NCBI GenBank assembly: GCA_047495785.1 | Contig: JBLDXI010000007.1 | Span: 868,001-932,000, forward strand | Length of the DNA stretch: 64,000 nucleotides | From: Lepidodermella squamata | Lineage: Eukaryota > Animalia > Gastrotricha | Direction of reading: 5' to 3' | Shown here: one piece after another, positions 13,364 through 26,541 of the stretch | How positions within the stretch are numbered: position 1 is the first letter of the stretch | Layout: each line of letters opens with the position of its first letter | Notes under the pieces: model-generated | The model's input: the letters and a program-made list of their open reading frames with translations, nothing else | What the model was told of the DNA's origin: nothing | Databases searched by the model: none | Made by a program: the position numbers and the translations under genes

Positions 13364-15099
13364 GATATAAAATCGCAACAATTAAACAGTTCATATATAT
13401 TGAAAATGATCATTTTTTGTCCTCTGGTTGTAAAAGCCGTCGAATTTCGTACTCAGGATCCATCTTCATTGCATAATCCACAGCGCTGAGACCCTTCGAA
13501 TCTTTGGCATTCACATCAGCCTTGTATTTCAACAAAACCTTGACCGCGTTTATATCACCACCTCTAACAGACACGATGAGCGCAGTTGAGGCCGATCCGT
13601 CCTTATTAATATAAGCCGTATCTGGATTCAGACCAGCTTCCAAAAGAATGGCGAACCGAGTCGGATGAGCGAAATTAAGAATGCTTTGGCCTTTTTTGTT
13701 GACACGGCTCAAATCAGCCCCGTGAGAAATCAATGCTCGCAACGGGTCGATAATCGACATTCCGGCCGCTCTCATAGCTAAGGTATTGCCATCTTTATCG
13801 GTTTCATTCACGTCTGCTCCGGCGGCGATCAGGGCTGAAATAGCTCCCTTTCGGTAGCAAAGACTAGGCCCCTTCTCTTGATGAAACAGGGTATACGCTA
13901 AGTAAGAGATACCCATTCGCAACTTCGCCGTTCCCATCGCCGCCTAGCGACATGTAAACCTTGACGATCTCGCCAAAGCCGTATCTCAACGCAAGAACTA
14001 GGTAAGACCGATCGAATGGCGCGCCATGAAGCATCAAAGTTTCAACAATTCCTCGGTTATTAGCACGAATAGCGTGATACATTGGCCCTTGGCCATGGCG
14101 ATAACGTGTTTCGTATAGGATATAGTCAAGATGGCCGGTTTCAACCTCCGACCCACGCAACAAATCAGGATCTTGCTTAAAAATAGGATCGATTAAAGAG
14201 GCCATTTTCATGCAAATCCTTTGGCACAGAGCAAGTCGCTGTAAAATAATAAAATTCAACGGTAAAAAAAAAATCAAAATTTTAAGCTTACCAGCTCATT
14301 GATCTTGCAAAGGCTGGGAAAGACCAGTCGAATGAACACGTCCCCGATATAGCAATTCCAGGCTAGATATCGCACGTTTGGTGGATAGTTTTGCAAGCTG
14401 ATCAAGTCACCGCTTACTTTCGAGTCGTAATCAGTTTCAGCGAACTAATTAAGACGAAAATAAAACATATTGCATCCATTGATAAGACTAAAAAACGATA
14501 GGAGTTCCGTTTAGTTTACTACGGTGTTGCCTGCTTAGTATTTTTAGGAAATTTTGTCAAAGGTTCATTTTCCGAAAATGCAATAGACGAACGAATTAAC
14601 AAACTAGGAAATGTATCAAAAAAGAAGAAAGGAAGATCGGCAGTTCTACGGCAAAATTTTGAAGCAGCTCATCAATTGGAAAATATAATCGCTGAAGTTT
14701 CGAGATCTGATATCAATTTTCATCGTTGCGAGAATTCAAAAGCTTGTAGCTGAAACAATTCGACTGGAAGTTACGGCCGCTCATGTCACACATTTTCTGA
14801 CTACTCAAGGTGTTTTAATCGACCTAAGGGCCGTCCCACCAAATCACGGTCTAATATATTTTCCGCCGGCCGCCGGTCGCGTAGTGTCAACTCGTGGTTA
14901 CTCGCGGTTGTAGGCTACTCAAATAGGATAGCTTTATCTGCCGAATTCAGCAGAGAAAGCAAACGGTTTGCCGCGAACTTGACATGTTAATTGCCGATTC
15001 TTCTATTTTCATACAGCGAATTCGTTCCAAATTTGCAGTGAAGCTGAATCAACGTGAAATGACGCCCATCTCTATTAGTAGCCCATTTTTAGGATTTTT

Positions 15100-15490
15100 A
15101 GGGCACAATTTACACATTGGCGGCGCGTGTTGAAGATAACGCAGGCATGTTTGCCGTTGGTCTCAAAATAAAGGGGCACCGTATTACTTGACCCCGAACA
15201 TCGAGCGGCGGGATTGGAAACCAAGCGTCGGTGGTGCCAATAATTCCGATTGGGAAAACACGCCTGGATTTGCTGTTAAAATCGATGCTACAACGATTTG
15301 CCCTGAGATTCGAGCATCATCTCTATACAAACTACTCGCTACGCAGATTCACAGTTAATCGTTTGTGTGCTTCGATGCACATCCCGGATTGCGATGCATA
15401 TCGGACTCGACAACGCCGCAACATCGATCAACCCATACGTCGGTATCAGCTTGGAGTTACAGTTGCGTATACAAGAAATTGCTATTTGAG
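15100..15490 (+). mobile_element. Decayed Crypton-like (DUF3504-type) tyrosine recombinase C-terminal fragment inside intron 3 of copy #6
   Basis: Across frameshifts: GAPYYLTPN...PIGKTRLDLLLKSM...YTNYSLRRFTVNRL...HIP...MHIGLDNAATSINPYVGISLELQ. This resembles the Crypton consensus PFYL..W..PIGxNxL..M..YTNHSLRxT..L..TGH..S..Y. Confidence 0.6.
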
Positions 15491-15934
15491 GCTGCCCTCT
15501 TCGATAATGAGGCCTCAGATGCGGAGATCGATGAACAGAGCGACGAACAGGCGGAATTTGACGACGTTGGTGAAACCAGCTCCAGCTTGCCAAAAACAGG
15601 TAAGCGCACGGCCGCGTCACAAAAGATAACCGGAAAACGTCCAAGGAAGCTTAGTAATGAAACTGTCAGCAAACATGTCGTTGACGAATGTTCACAGACC
15701 TCAGCCGCGACTGACGACCTCGCGATCGAATCGAGCGCAGGTTGTTTCGTCTTCGTTGGTTTTCGAATTATAACTCTGTTTTTTATAACTTTATATAGAT
15801 GATTCGCTACCTTCATCGGAAATAGCTGACACTAATAAAGATTTTTCACGTTTTTCATGTTACACCTAGAGATATAGTTAGACGAATAGACGGCGCCGAG
15901 TAGATTAGAATGGGACCTAGGCGCTGAACCCTGT

Positions 15935-16054
15935 CAAGGACCTAGTAAGATCCTACTGAGATCTCATGAGAACTTGTTAAGACGATACTACAATCTTAGT
16001 AAGAAGGCACCAAAGAGTCGTAGTAGGATCTTAGTAAGTCAGTTTTTCTTTGGG
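15935..16054. repeat. Subterminal-type repeats (CTAGTAAGAT/ATCTTAGTAAG) ending in TTTGGG; probable right end of a DNA element
   Basis: ctagtaagatcctact, atcttagtaagaag and tagtaggatcttagtaag, followed by agtttttctttggg near the intron boundary. Confidence 0.45.
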
Positions 16055-16998
16055 CATAAAAACCGATAAAATTGTAGTACAAACAGTAAAACCTACCGCA
16101 ATTTCTTGAACGACCTTGAAATTGGAATCCATCAGAAAGAGGGATCTGTTCTGGTGTCTCGGCCAAGTTGCAAACAATTGTATTGGTATGCAGAGTTTTT
16201 CCACAGCCTGAACACAGAAAACCGAATGATTAAGCAAATTTCCAACGAAAAATAGACTAACATTTCGGCACGAAGATGGAATCTTGACTAGATGGCAGTT
16301 GCCTCTGCAGCTGCTAACAATCGTGCTATCCGGATCAGCATCGCGGACCTCGTCGACGTACTCCGGGCAAACAATAGCAACAGATCGTACAAATTCAGGT
16401 AAATCCAATGCAGAAGCCCGCGTTTCGCTGTGGGCAGGATCACGCGTCGGAACTTTAATCTTGCAATTGTCATCAGGAACGAATATTGAAATTGTGAAAT
16501 CATTTTTAACTGGAGATTTGTGTGGAAAGTAAGGGCGAAAAATGCGCCGAACTTTCATGGCAGACCGAAGTTGGCTTAGGGCGCCTTCCGTTCGCAGAAA
16601 TGAAAAGCTCTTTTCAGCCGGGAATTCACGGAGAATCAGGCCCTCCCAAAATGAATCACTCCCCAAGAACGCTTTCCACCTTAAAATGAATTTTTTCAAC
16701 ATTTAATAACAAATCCTCATTGACCAACTTTCTGCAGACAAGTGCGCACCGGAGAAATAAGTCGCGATTTCTCAAGTAGAGAAATATTTTTCTTCGAATT
16801 TCAGGCGGCAAAGCGAACAGCAAATCGAACGGATCGGGATCGTCATAATTCGGAAATTTCGCGTACGGAGCACCTACAGAAGGATCGAAATGTTTCCTCT
16901 TTCGAGGCGGCATTCAATCCTCAAGTTAAATTCTAGAAAACCCAAGAGAATTAGATTGAAAAATTTATGGCAGAGCAAAAAACAACAACAATATTTTT

Positions 16999-19147
16999 TC
17001 AAGATTTTTTCAATTCATCGAGCAACTTGATAAATTCGTCAGATTTTTTCGATTGTTTCGCGTAGTCCATGGCAGTCAATCCCGCTGAATCTTTGGCATT
17101 CAAATTAATTTCGTAATTCTGCAGAATTTTAAATGGCCACTTGGCACCACGTTTCACAGCCGAAATCAAAACTGTGGTCTTCACGCCATCGGTATCTACA
17201 AATTGGGTGTTCGGATTCGCGCCAGCTTGTAATAAGATTCCAAGACCTCGAGAGCAAGCAAAAGTGATGGCAGTTTGGCCCTTTTTGTTGGCCAAGTTCG
17301 GATTCGCTCCAAAAGCCAAAAGCAGTCTAATGAAATTAATATATTTATTTTTGGCAGCTTTCATCAGCGGGGTGTTTCCATCTTCGTCGGCTTCATTCAC
17401 ATTCGCCCCAGAATTGACCAGGACCATTACTGGCGAACTTGAAGGTGGATCGCGTTTTTGATGACACAAAGCCAATTCCAGGAGCGATATACCAGCGGGC
17501 GTTTTCGCATTTGGGTCGCCGCCCCGATTGATGTAAACCTGGACAACTTCATCCAAACCGTATTGAATAGCCAAGATCACGTGACTTAAATCGAACGGAG
17601 CGCCATTCAGCAACAGCAGTTGGATGAGGTTTTTGTTATTACTTTGAACAGCATTGATCATTGGCCCATTCGACCGAATAAATTTACAATTTTGGCTGCC
17701 GAATCCATCGGGATCCGTCAATTTATCAATTTCCGAATCTCTCAACAAATCAGGGTCCTGTTTGAAGATAAGTCTGATTTCATCGGCAGACTGCCGGTAG
17801 ATAGCTTCCCCCAAGTCAGCACGCTGAAATAACAACAAAGTTGAACAAATGAATAACTAAATTTGAGTTTTAACCATATCGTTGATAATTGCTAATTTCG
17901 GAAACGCGAATCGAAGTGTAAGCTTGTAACTTGAACAGCTGGCAGCGAGGAAACGAGCTCCGGCTGGATATTTCTCGATGATTTTCAATTCTGGAGTGTC
18001 ACTTCCCCGATAAGCTGGAAACTGTGTTTGAACAGCTTACAAGAAAATCGAAAAGATGTATTAAAATAAATGAATAACCTCGTAAATTGATAACGCCTTT
18101 AAATTCGAGTCGAGGAAGAAAAGGTAACCAGAAGAGAAGCCAGAAAAGTTGTCGATCCACACTTCGAGGGGAATTTGCAGTTGATCCAGTGCCTTAATAT
18201 TAAGCAATTCGAAGCTTGTAAGTCATAAAGGAGGCCGAATATTTGCCCCACTGAAAATGAGGTTCCAGCATTAAAATTGAGCGATTACTCAAAGTTCCCC
18301 CCTGAACAGTTCGCGATGTATGATCCGCGAACTAGGAGGTATTTTGCGGAGCTCAGAACAGCAGATAAAAATTCTGGACCTGAGTGAACACGCGAAACCC
18401 GAAAAAACCCTAATCTGGGGAAATCTAGGGCTCGAGTTTCAAATTTAGTGCCGGAGACTTAATTTCAGGGTGCGTTCCAGGCGCATACATCTCAATTACA
18501 TACTTCTCGAAAAATAATCGGTAATTTGATTAGCCAATGGTTGTCAGAAACACCATCATGGCGGTATTCAACAACTGCGTCATAGTCTTGCTCCGGGTTC
18601 ATAATTTCCGGAATAGCAACCGGCACAGCCAGCAAGAACTCATCGAGCGGCAAAGCTTGGCAGCTTATCTCCTCTGCGGGATCGATTATTCTAGGCTTCG
18701 AAGACTGATCTGTGTCACTCGGAATGTAAATTGACACTGACTTGGTGCTGCGGCGAAGAGGCATGTAATTCGGCTTGAAAAGTGGCTCATTTTTCAAAGT
18801 CGTTCGCAAGTTGGCCAGAAAATTTTCCGAGCGAACAGCGGGCCAAATATCATCCCCTGAGAATTCGCGAAGAATCAAACCCTCCCAGAAGTGATCGCTA
18901 TTCAAATAATTGTTCCAGCTTAAAAATAATAGAAATAGAAAATTACTCGACCATATCGAAAAACTTACGCTTTGTTGACTAGACAGCATCTCCGAAAAAT
19001 GTCTCTCGTCCTCAGATAGAGGAATATTGACCGCTTGATCTCGGGCGGTAGCAGAAATAACAGATCAAAGCATTCATCTTCGGTGTTTGCTGTTTTTGAA
19101 TGCGAGTTCACTGAAACATTATCAAGTTTCCGTTTCCGTGGGGTCAT
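16999..19147 (-). CDS. F-box/FBA-like/ankyrin gene copy #7
   Basis: MTPRKRK..LPPEIKRSIFLYLRTRDIFRRCCLVNKA; exon4 EKYPAGARF..RFAFPKL; ankyrin exon 16999-17824. Confidence 0.88.
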
Positions 19148-19491
19148 GAAATTTATCGGGAAACGCAAAGGCCGTCGGTCGAATAACCAGATTTTAGGAA
19201 GGAATTTAGCCAATTAAAAACTATTTGTTGTCCGAGCGGGAAACCGCAACCTAAAAAATTAATAACGAAATAAAAAATGTTGGTAAATAAGGTGAGTTTG
19301 AGATGGTGATAAGTGCAATTTCGGAACTTTCGACTTCCGCCGATATAAAAATTATCAAGCCAGATATAAAAAAATTATCAAATTTCAATTTTTCAAAGCA
19401 ATTGAAAAATCAAATAATCAAACGCAAGGCAAATAGCAAATCAAGTTTTGTCAAATAACCACAACAATTCCTTCAGATCTCAATTCGGCTT

Positions 19492-21454
19492 TCAGCATTT
19501 CATATCAGTGGCTTGTTCCGCTTGAAGTTTCATTAACTCGCGAAGTAACTGCACAACGATAATCGACTTTCCCGGACGTCTAGCGTAGTCAATCACAGTA
19601 AATCCGTTCGAATCTTTGACATCGATTAGAGGCCTGCACTTCATTAAAGCTTTGATAGGCCAAATGACATTCCTTTTCACAGCCGAGATCAAAACGGTTG
19701 TCTCAGTGCCATCGGCGCTGTCAAGAAATCGCGTATTTGGGTCCATCCCACAACTCAACAACAACTTCAGATGCTCTGAGTCAACAAATGCTAGCACATT
19801 TTCACCATTTTTGTTCTTAAAATCGAAATTAGCTCCATTAAGCAGCAACAATTTGAAGGTTTCAATCGAATAAGATTTAGCAGCCTTTAGCAATAAGGTG
19901 TCACCATTCTCATCCACGTGATTGACATCAGCTCCGCCATCTATCAAGGCAGTAGCTGTTGTCATGCAAGCTGTTTCACCTTTCTGATGGAATAGCGCAA
20001 GCTCTAACAAAGATTTTCCGTCAGATGTTTCCGCATTTGGGTCTCCGCCTTTAGAAAGGTACAGTCTTACAACTTCTGTCAATCCAGCTTGAATAGCAAG
20101 GATCGCGTGGCTAATATCGAATGGAGTGCCGAATTTTATGAGGAGTTCCAGAATGCTGTGGTTGTTCTTCTGAATCGCGCTTATCATAGGCCCATTCGCA
20201 CGGACGTATTTGTCACGCATTCCGCAGTAGATTTTACGCGGATCCGATTCGGCGTAGAATCCCTTTGGATCTTTCAGCTGTTCAACCTCAGAGCCCCTCA
20301 TTAAATCCGGGTCTTGCTTGAAAACTGCTCCGATTTCATAGAACGAACGGCGGCAGATTGCGTCTCCGAGTTTAATCCGCTGAAATTTAAAAATAAAATT
20401 ATGAAGAAAAAAAATCGTTTTTGAACCACAAACCAGGTCGTTAATCTTAGCAAGATTTGGAAACACAAATCGGAGATTCTTGTGAGAAAAGTAGCTATTC
20501 GAGACCAAGAAGCGAACTCCAGGCGGGTAGTTATCGATGAATTTCAACGTTTTGTAAATTTGTCCATCGTGAAGTCGGCGGTCATTCAAAGATTCCTTCA
20601 ACTGCTATAAAGCACCAAACTGGCGATGATGGAATTTTCAAATTAGAACATAGTGTATACCTCCATGGTTGTCATGACATTTAATGTAGCATCGAGGAAG
20701 TAGATATTTTTCCGAACCTCTTCCCTGCCTAGCTCAAGGGGAATTTTCAAGCAATCAAACAACTAAAATATACAATTTTCAGAATTTCTAGTCGTCAAAT
20801 TTCAAGTGGTTTACCTCAAAACACCCAGTCGGTAGTTTCAACAGCCGAAATTCGCGGCATTCAACGCCGCAATCAAAGTCTTCGTTAGGTTCAAGAATTT
20901 CGGGAATGGCTATGGGCACAGCTTTCAAGAATTTCTCAAGATCAACATCAAAGGAATACAGCGATGAAGCTTCAGATTCAGTTAAAACTCTTGGGGCATT
21001 CGAGGAGTCGAACTTCATGGGGATATAAATCGAAACTGATTTCAATGGCCCAGATAAATTCGGTCGAAAAATTTCTTTAGTCTTCAGCGTCAAGCGCAAA
21101 TCGGACAGGAAGCCTTCACGCCTAACAAGGGACCGGTTCTCAGGATTTGGGAATTCACGAAGAATGAAGTCTTCCCAAAAGAAATCGCTATTCAAAAATT
21201 GATTCCACCTGAAGAAAATGGTAATTGAAACCATCAAATTGAAGCAAAGGAACTCACGATTTACAGACAACGATGCAATACCGAAAGATGTCTCTATTCC
21301 TCAAAAACAGGAAAATTGACTATTTTATTTCAGGTGGCAGTAGGTTAAAATGGTCAACTAGTTGCTTGTTGCTAGATTCGTTCGCTTTCAAGTCACTCAA
21401 ATCGATCATCAACCCATCATTAGCACCGCCGCTCTTTCGTTCACATGAAGCCAT
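19492..21454 (-). pseudogene. F-box/FBA-like/ankyrin gene copy #8 with an in-frame TAG inside the F-box
   Basis: Exon1 reads MASCERK..LLPPEIK*SIFLFLRNRDIFRYCIVVCKS (TAG at 21320-21322; paralogs have R). The remaining exons are open. Confidence 0.8.
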
Positions 21455-21515
21455 AAAATGTATCTATACACCTAACCTAAAAGTCAAAAGATTGTGAAAT
21501 TCAAACCAACATTTG

Positions 21516-21650
21516 AGACCCACAAAGCGATTCGTGTTGCGTTTTCTTGTCAAACAGAATGAGAAGTTACGCAATAGTGATTATGCGTCAAATTTCGTCT
21601 TTTCATTCGACAGCAAATAAAAAGTGAAACCCGAATCGCTTTGTGGATCT
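21516..21650. repeat. ~135-bp imperfect palindrome (hairpin or mini-MITE) upstream of copy #8
   Basis: agacccacaaagcgattcg ... cgaatcgctttgtggatct, with further pairing inward. Confidence 0.7.
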
Positions 21651-21971
21651 TCTTTATTTATTCATTTATACTTCCGAGTCTTTCGATTATTAATTGGAAA
21701 ACTGCAAAAATTCAGAAAATTCGCCTTGAGATTACAATAGAAAGCAACGCATGATAAAACCCTTGACAAAGTGTACAAAAAATTGGGAATTATTCGAAAT
21801 ATTTTTCAGTAATCAAGATCATAGAGGTTAACCATAAATTTACGTAAAAAATCTCCTCTCATAATTACAACAAAAAATGAGAAAATGACAAAAAAGCCAC
21901 AACAACTTCTAAGAAAGATTGCTAAATTTGACGTAAATAAAATAATGGTTTGTAGTGAACTGACTCGAAAA

Positions 21972-23899
21972 TCAGTAGGACACCTTCAATATTTCAATAA
22001 TAGATGCGTCTTCTTTGGCATGATCAAACGCATTCAAGCCATTCGAGTCTTTGATCGAAGGATCAGCCTTGTACTGTATGTAAACTTTGATCGATTCAAT
22101 GCTCTTCTTTTTCACGGCAGCTATTAGTCCAGTCACTGATGAGCCGTCTGTGTCAGTAAAGAAACTATTAGGGTCGATCCCAGCGTCGAACAACACCTTC
22201 AAACGAACAGGAATCGCAAGGGTTAGCACAGTCTCGCCCTTCTTATTGGCTAATTTCGCATCAGCGCCACAGGACAACAGAGTTCTGAACGCATCCATTC
22301 CTCGATTAACAGCTTGCATCAACAACGTATTGCCATCTCCATCTGTCTCATTAACATTAGCCCCGCCAGCGACTAGAGCCGTAATTGCTGATTTCCGGAA
22401 CTGCCAACCTGATGGCTGGTTGAACAGGGCGAATTTCAGCAGCGAAATTCCCGCCGGGGTTTTCGCGTTCGGATCGCCGCCGCGGGAAATGTAGACTTTG
22501 ACAACATCACCTAAACCGAACTCCACAGCGTAAAGGACGTAGCTGAAATCGAAAAGAGCTCCGTGTTTGATCATCGACTCGAGTATGACTTTCTTGTTGC
22601 GGCGAAGGGCATGAAGCATGGGACCGCCTCCACCAATGTAGGCATTGGTATAATTAATAGCTACACCATAGCGAATCTTCGTTTTTTCGATCTCACAGCC
22701 ATTCAGCAAATTCGGCTCCACCTTGAAAATCGACTCAATTTCAGGTAAGGATCCTTTACAAAGAACCTCGCAAAGCTTTACTCGCTATGAAAAGATATCT
22801 CTTGATTAAGTTTGATGACGAAGAGTAAAAACAAACCAAACGATGAATTTTAGCCAGCGAAGGCAAGACAAATCGCACTGACAGAGTGTCAAGTTGACGG
22901 TTTGAGGCTATGAAGCGAATACCACGAGGGTATTCACAAATAGTTTTCAAAATGTCGCCTTCAGCTCGAGACAAGAGCGGAACTGCTGCTATCTAAAAAC
23001 GCACGAAGAAAGTGAGAATTTTGATAAACAATTCGCGTATCACCTTAACGGAGTGAATCTGCCTGAGATTCGAGTCGAGAAAGTGAATGGTTCGATCAAA
23101 ATCCGCACCACAATTAACATATATTTCGAATGGAAATTGCAAAATGTAAACCGCCTGTCCATCAAAGCATGAATATGGGACCTATCCTGTATAAATTGCT
23201 GAAATCCTCACGTTTTGGTAATCAACAGGTAGCTTAGCAAGCCAGCATCTATTGCGGGAGATTTCAAAACTTGAAACGCCGCGATTGAAATCAGCATCAG
23301 GAGTCATCATTTCTGGGACTGCAAGTTTAACCGCTTGAAGAAACTCGTCCAGTTGAACCTTGTCAACACGTTCACGCGGATCCTTGTGTTTCAGGTAACT
23401 CGGTCCCGCAGTTGACGGGTTGACAATAACCTTCACTGGTTTCATCGAGGTGTCGCCCGGCTGCGGTACAACAATCCAGATTGAATCGCCATCAGAGCTA
23501 TCGTCTACGAAATTAGGGCGAAATATCGCTTGCGATTTCATACAATTTTTTAAGGTGGAAATTGCATTAGCAGAAGAGCCCATGAAAGACCAAGCTCGTT
23601 CTTTCGGAAATTCACGAAGAATCAAACCTTCCCAGAATAAGTCACCATCCAGAAAGGTTTTCCATCTAAAAAACATGGGTTTCAATAAAATCGAATGAGG
23701 CAATTTGATTAACTAACCCTTTGCAGACGAGAGAGCAGTTTAAAAACAAATCCCGATTTCTTAGGTGGAGAAATATTTCCCGTCGCACTTCGGATGGAAG
23801 CATAGACAGCATATCGAACGGATTCGGTTCGATAAATTGAAGCTTGGAGGGAGGGTCGTTCGTAACAGGATCAGCATTCTTCCGTTTACGCGGCGGCAT
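21972..23899 (-). CDS. F-box/FBA-like/ankyrin gene copy #9
   Basis: MPPRKRK..LPSEVRREIFLHLRNRDLFLNCSLVCK; CEYPRGIRFIAS..RFVLPSLAKI; ankyrin exon 21972-22785. Confidence 0.9.
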
Positions 23900-24369
23900 T
23901 TTTCTAACGCAATCTTTCCTATAAAAAATACATCAAATACCTTCTCCATTCATTTCGACAATTCCCTCAACATTTTATTGTAAATTTGAACGAAAGTGCA
24001 AATGTTATGAAAGGCCAGAAAAGTTATTCATGCAGCTCAACATGGCATCATCAGCAATTTTGTAGACTCTTCTAAGTCTCACCTGCTAGGTAACTTACGT
24101 TGAAATTTCCTTTGAAATTTGAAAATATTTCTCTGAAATGCGACAGCTGTTTCCTAAATACCGTAATGGGCCCAAAGTTTAGCACTTTGAGGTTTAGATT
24201 TTGAGATTTCCACATTTTGGAAAAAATTTCCAAATTTAAAGGTTTCTTGTCAATTTTTAAAAAATCGGGGTGAATCAGCCCAAATTTACCAGCTGATCCA
24301 GATCCCTCGGGCAAATGTTTGGCAATTTTATTTCCTTTCTTAGGAAGAAATAATAAAAATATTGGCAAA

Positions 24370-24470
24370 AGCCGAAAAATTTCTCGAGTTCTCCGATGGA
24401 GAAATATCGACCGCCTGATTTCGGGTGGCAATGAGCTTAAAGAATCAGCAAATTGACCTGCCACCATCAA
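24370..24470 (-). pseudogene. Orphan degenerate F-box exon-1 fragment (#10)
   Basis: FADSLSSLPPEIRRSIFLHRRTREIFRLL, with no downstream exons before the next gene. Confidence 0.65.
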
Positions 24471-24600
24471 ATCACTCAATTAATAATTAGTAGGAGGTCT
24501 CAAATTCATTCGTTATATTCCTTTATACTTTCATTTTTACTAAACAGCTGTTTGAAATAGAAAACAGGTAATTAATATTGCAAAATCCACTCTTAACGTT

Positions 24601-26541
24601 TCAGACCGGCTGTAGTTTAATCAAGTCACCAAGAAGTTTTTTGACCAAGGCCGACTTTTCCGAACGTGCCGCGTAATCGACAGCAGTAAATCCATTCGAG
24701 TCTTTGACATGAACTTGAGGCCTGTAATTCATTAAAACTTCGATTGGCCAATGAATGTCTCTTTTCACAGCGGATATCAAAATAGTAGTTTCAGTGCCAT
24801 CCGCGCTGTCAAAATAACGGGTATTCGGATCCAATCCAATGAACAACATCAGATCGAGACGCTCAGCGTCAACAAAAGTCAGCACATTGTCGCCATTTTT
24901 GTTAGGAATTGCGAAATTCGCTCCATTGAACAGCAAAGTTTGAAACGTGTCATATGAGCAAGATTTCGTGGCGTTTACAAACAGGGTGTCACCATTCTCA
25001 TCCACGTGATTGACATCAGCACCGCCATCTATCAGTACAGTAACTGTTTTCAAGCTAACTGTCTCACCTTTTTGATGAAATAACGCCAATTCCAGTAACG
25101 ATTTTCGGTCCGGTGTCGTCGCATTCGGATCGCCGCCTTGAGAAATGTACAGCTTAACGGCTTCAACCAGCCCGGCTTGAATAGCCAGGATCACGTGGCT
25201 AGTTTCGAACGGAGTTCCGTATTTTACAAGGATTTTCAGGATGCCAGCATCGTTTGCTCGAATCGCGTTGATCATCGGTCCATTCACGCGGATGAACTTC
25301 TGCATCAACCGGCAGCGGGTTTTACGAGGGAAAAATCCATCGGGATCTGCGAGGCGTTCGACAAAGGATCCTCTCATGAAATCTGGATCTTGGGCGAAAG
25401 TCGCTTCGGTTCCACTGACTGAACGGCGGCAAACAGCTTGACCAAGTTTGAAACGCTAAATATTTTAATATAATTTCAGAAAAATCTGTTATTTTCAAAA
25501 ACAAACCAGTTCATTGATCTTGGCAAGGTTCGGAAAAACAAACCGTAGGTTCAGTTGGGAGAAGCTACGATTCGATGCTAAAAACCGGACTCCGGATGGG
25601 TAGTCATCAATAATTTTCAAAACTTGGTCAATTTGCCCTAAATAATAATCATTATTTGGGATAAAATCAAGCTGTCGAGTGAAAATAATATTGTTAGCAT
25701 TAACAAATGATCTTGGATTAAAACATACCTCAATTGATCTTATTACCTTTAAGTTCGAATCAAGGAAATAAATTAACCTGCGATCATCCTGAAATAGTTC
25801 TTCTTTCATACTCAGCTCAAGAGGTATTGTCATACCATCAAATAACTAGAATAAAAATTATCAAATTTGTTGAAACGGAAAATGAAAAAACTTACCTCAA
25901 AACACGCAGTTGGTAGCTTCAATAGCCAATAAGGAGACCCATAGCCTATGCATTGAATGGAACAATCAAAATCTGGTTTCACAATGTCGGGTAAGGCTTT
26001 GGGCACGGCTTTCAGGAATGTCTCGAGGTTGACATTCGACGATAGAGCTTCAGATTCGTCAATAACGTTTGGGACATTCGATGGGGTAGATTCTTCGGGG
26101 GAGTAAATTGACACCGACTTGAACGTATTGTCTCCAGTGACCGGCAAATTTGGTCGAAATATCTGTCCTGTTTTTAAGGTTAAACGTAGATCAACCAAGA
26201 AATTATTAGATCTGAACAGATGCCAGTTATCGTGATTCGGGAACTCGCGGCAAATGAAGCCCTCCCAAAAGTAATCGCTACTCAAAAACTGATTGAACCT
26301 GCGAAACCACAGTAGCTCACTGCTAAAATAGACAGAAATAGGGTAAAACTAACGATTTACAGACCAGGCAGCAACGTCGAAAAACGTCCCTAGTCCTCAA
26401 ATACAGGAAAATCGGCCGTTTTATTTCAGGTGGTAACAGATTAAAATGGTCATATGGTTGCTCGCTGCTGGCTTCGGCTACTTTCAAATCACTGAAATCC
26501 ATCTTAAAAGTACCATCAATCGTCCGTTTGCGCGAAATCAT
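24601..26541 (-). CDS. F-box/FBA-like/ankyrin gene copy #11 (paralog of #8)
   Basis: MISRKR..LPPEIKRPIFLYLRTRDVFRRCCLVCKS; DDYPSGVRF..RFVFPNLAKIN; the ankyrin exon shares DSADGTETT and ALFHQKGET with #8. Confidence 0.9.

Larger units (their letters stand above)
13410..16913 (-). pseudogene. F-box/FBA-like/ankyrin gene copy #6 (paralog of #2) with a +1 frameshift in the ankyrin exon
   Basis: The ankyrin exon is split over ORFs 13864-14277 and 13410-13937; an extra base in the CCC run at 13912-13914 explains the shift (could be a sequencing error). Intron 3 is ~1.65 kb. Confidence 0.75.

Noticed and set aside
13864-14277. Programmed ribosomal frameshift joining the two ankyrin ORFs of #6
   Set aside because: No slippery heptamer is present and paralogs are continuous; a simple indel explains it.
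19492-20601. Long ORFs such as 19492-20601 and 60547-61512 as single-exon genes
   Set aside because: They read through in-frame, stop-free intron sequence; paralog alignment shows the intervening AT-rich segments are introns.
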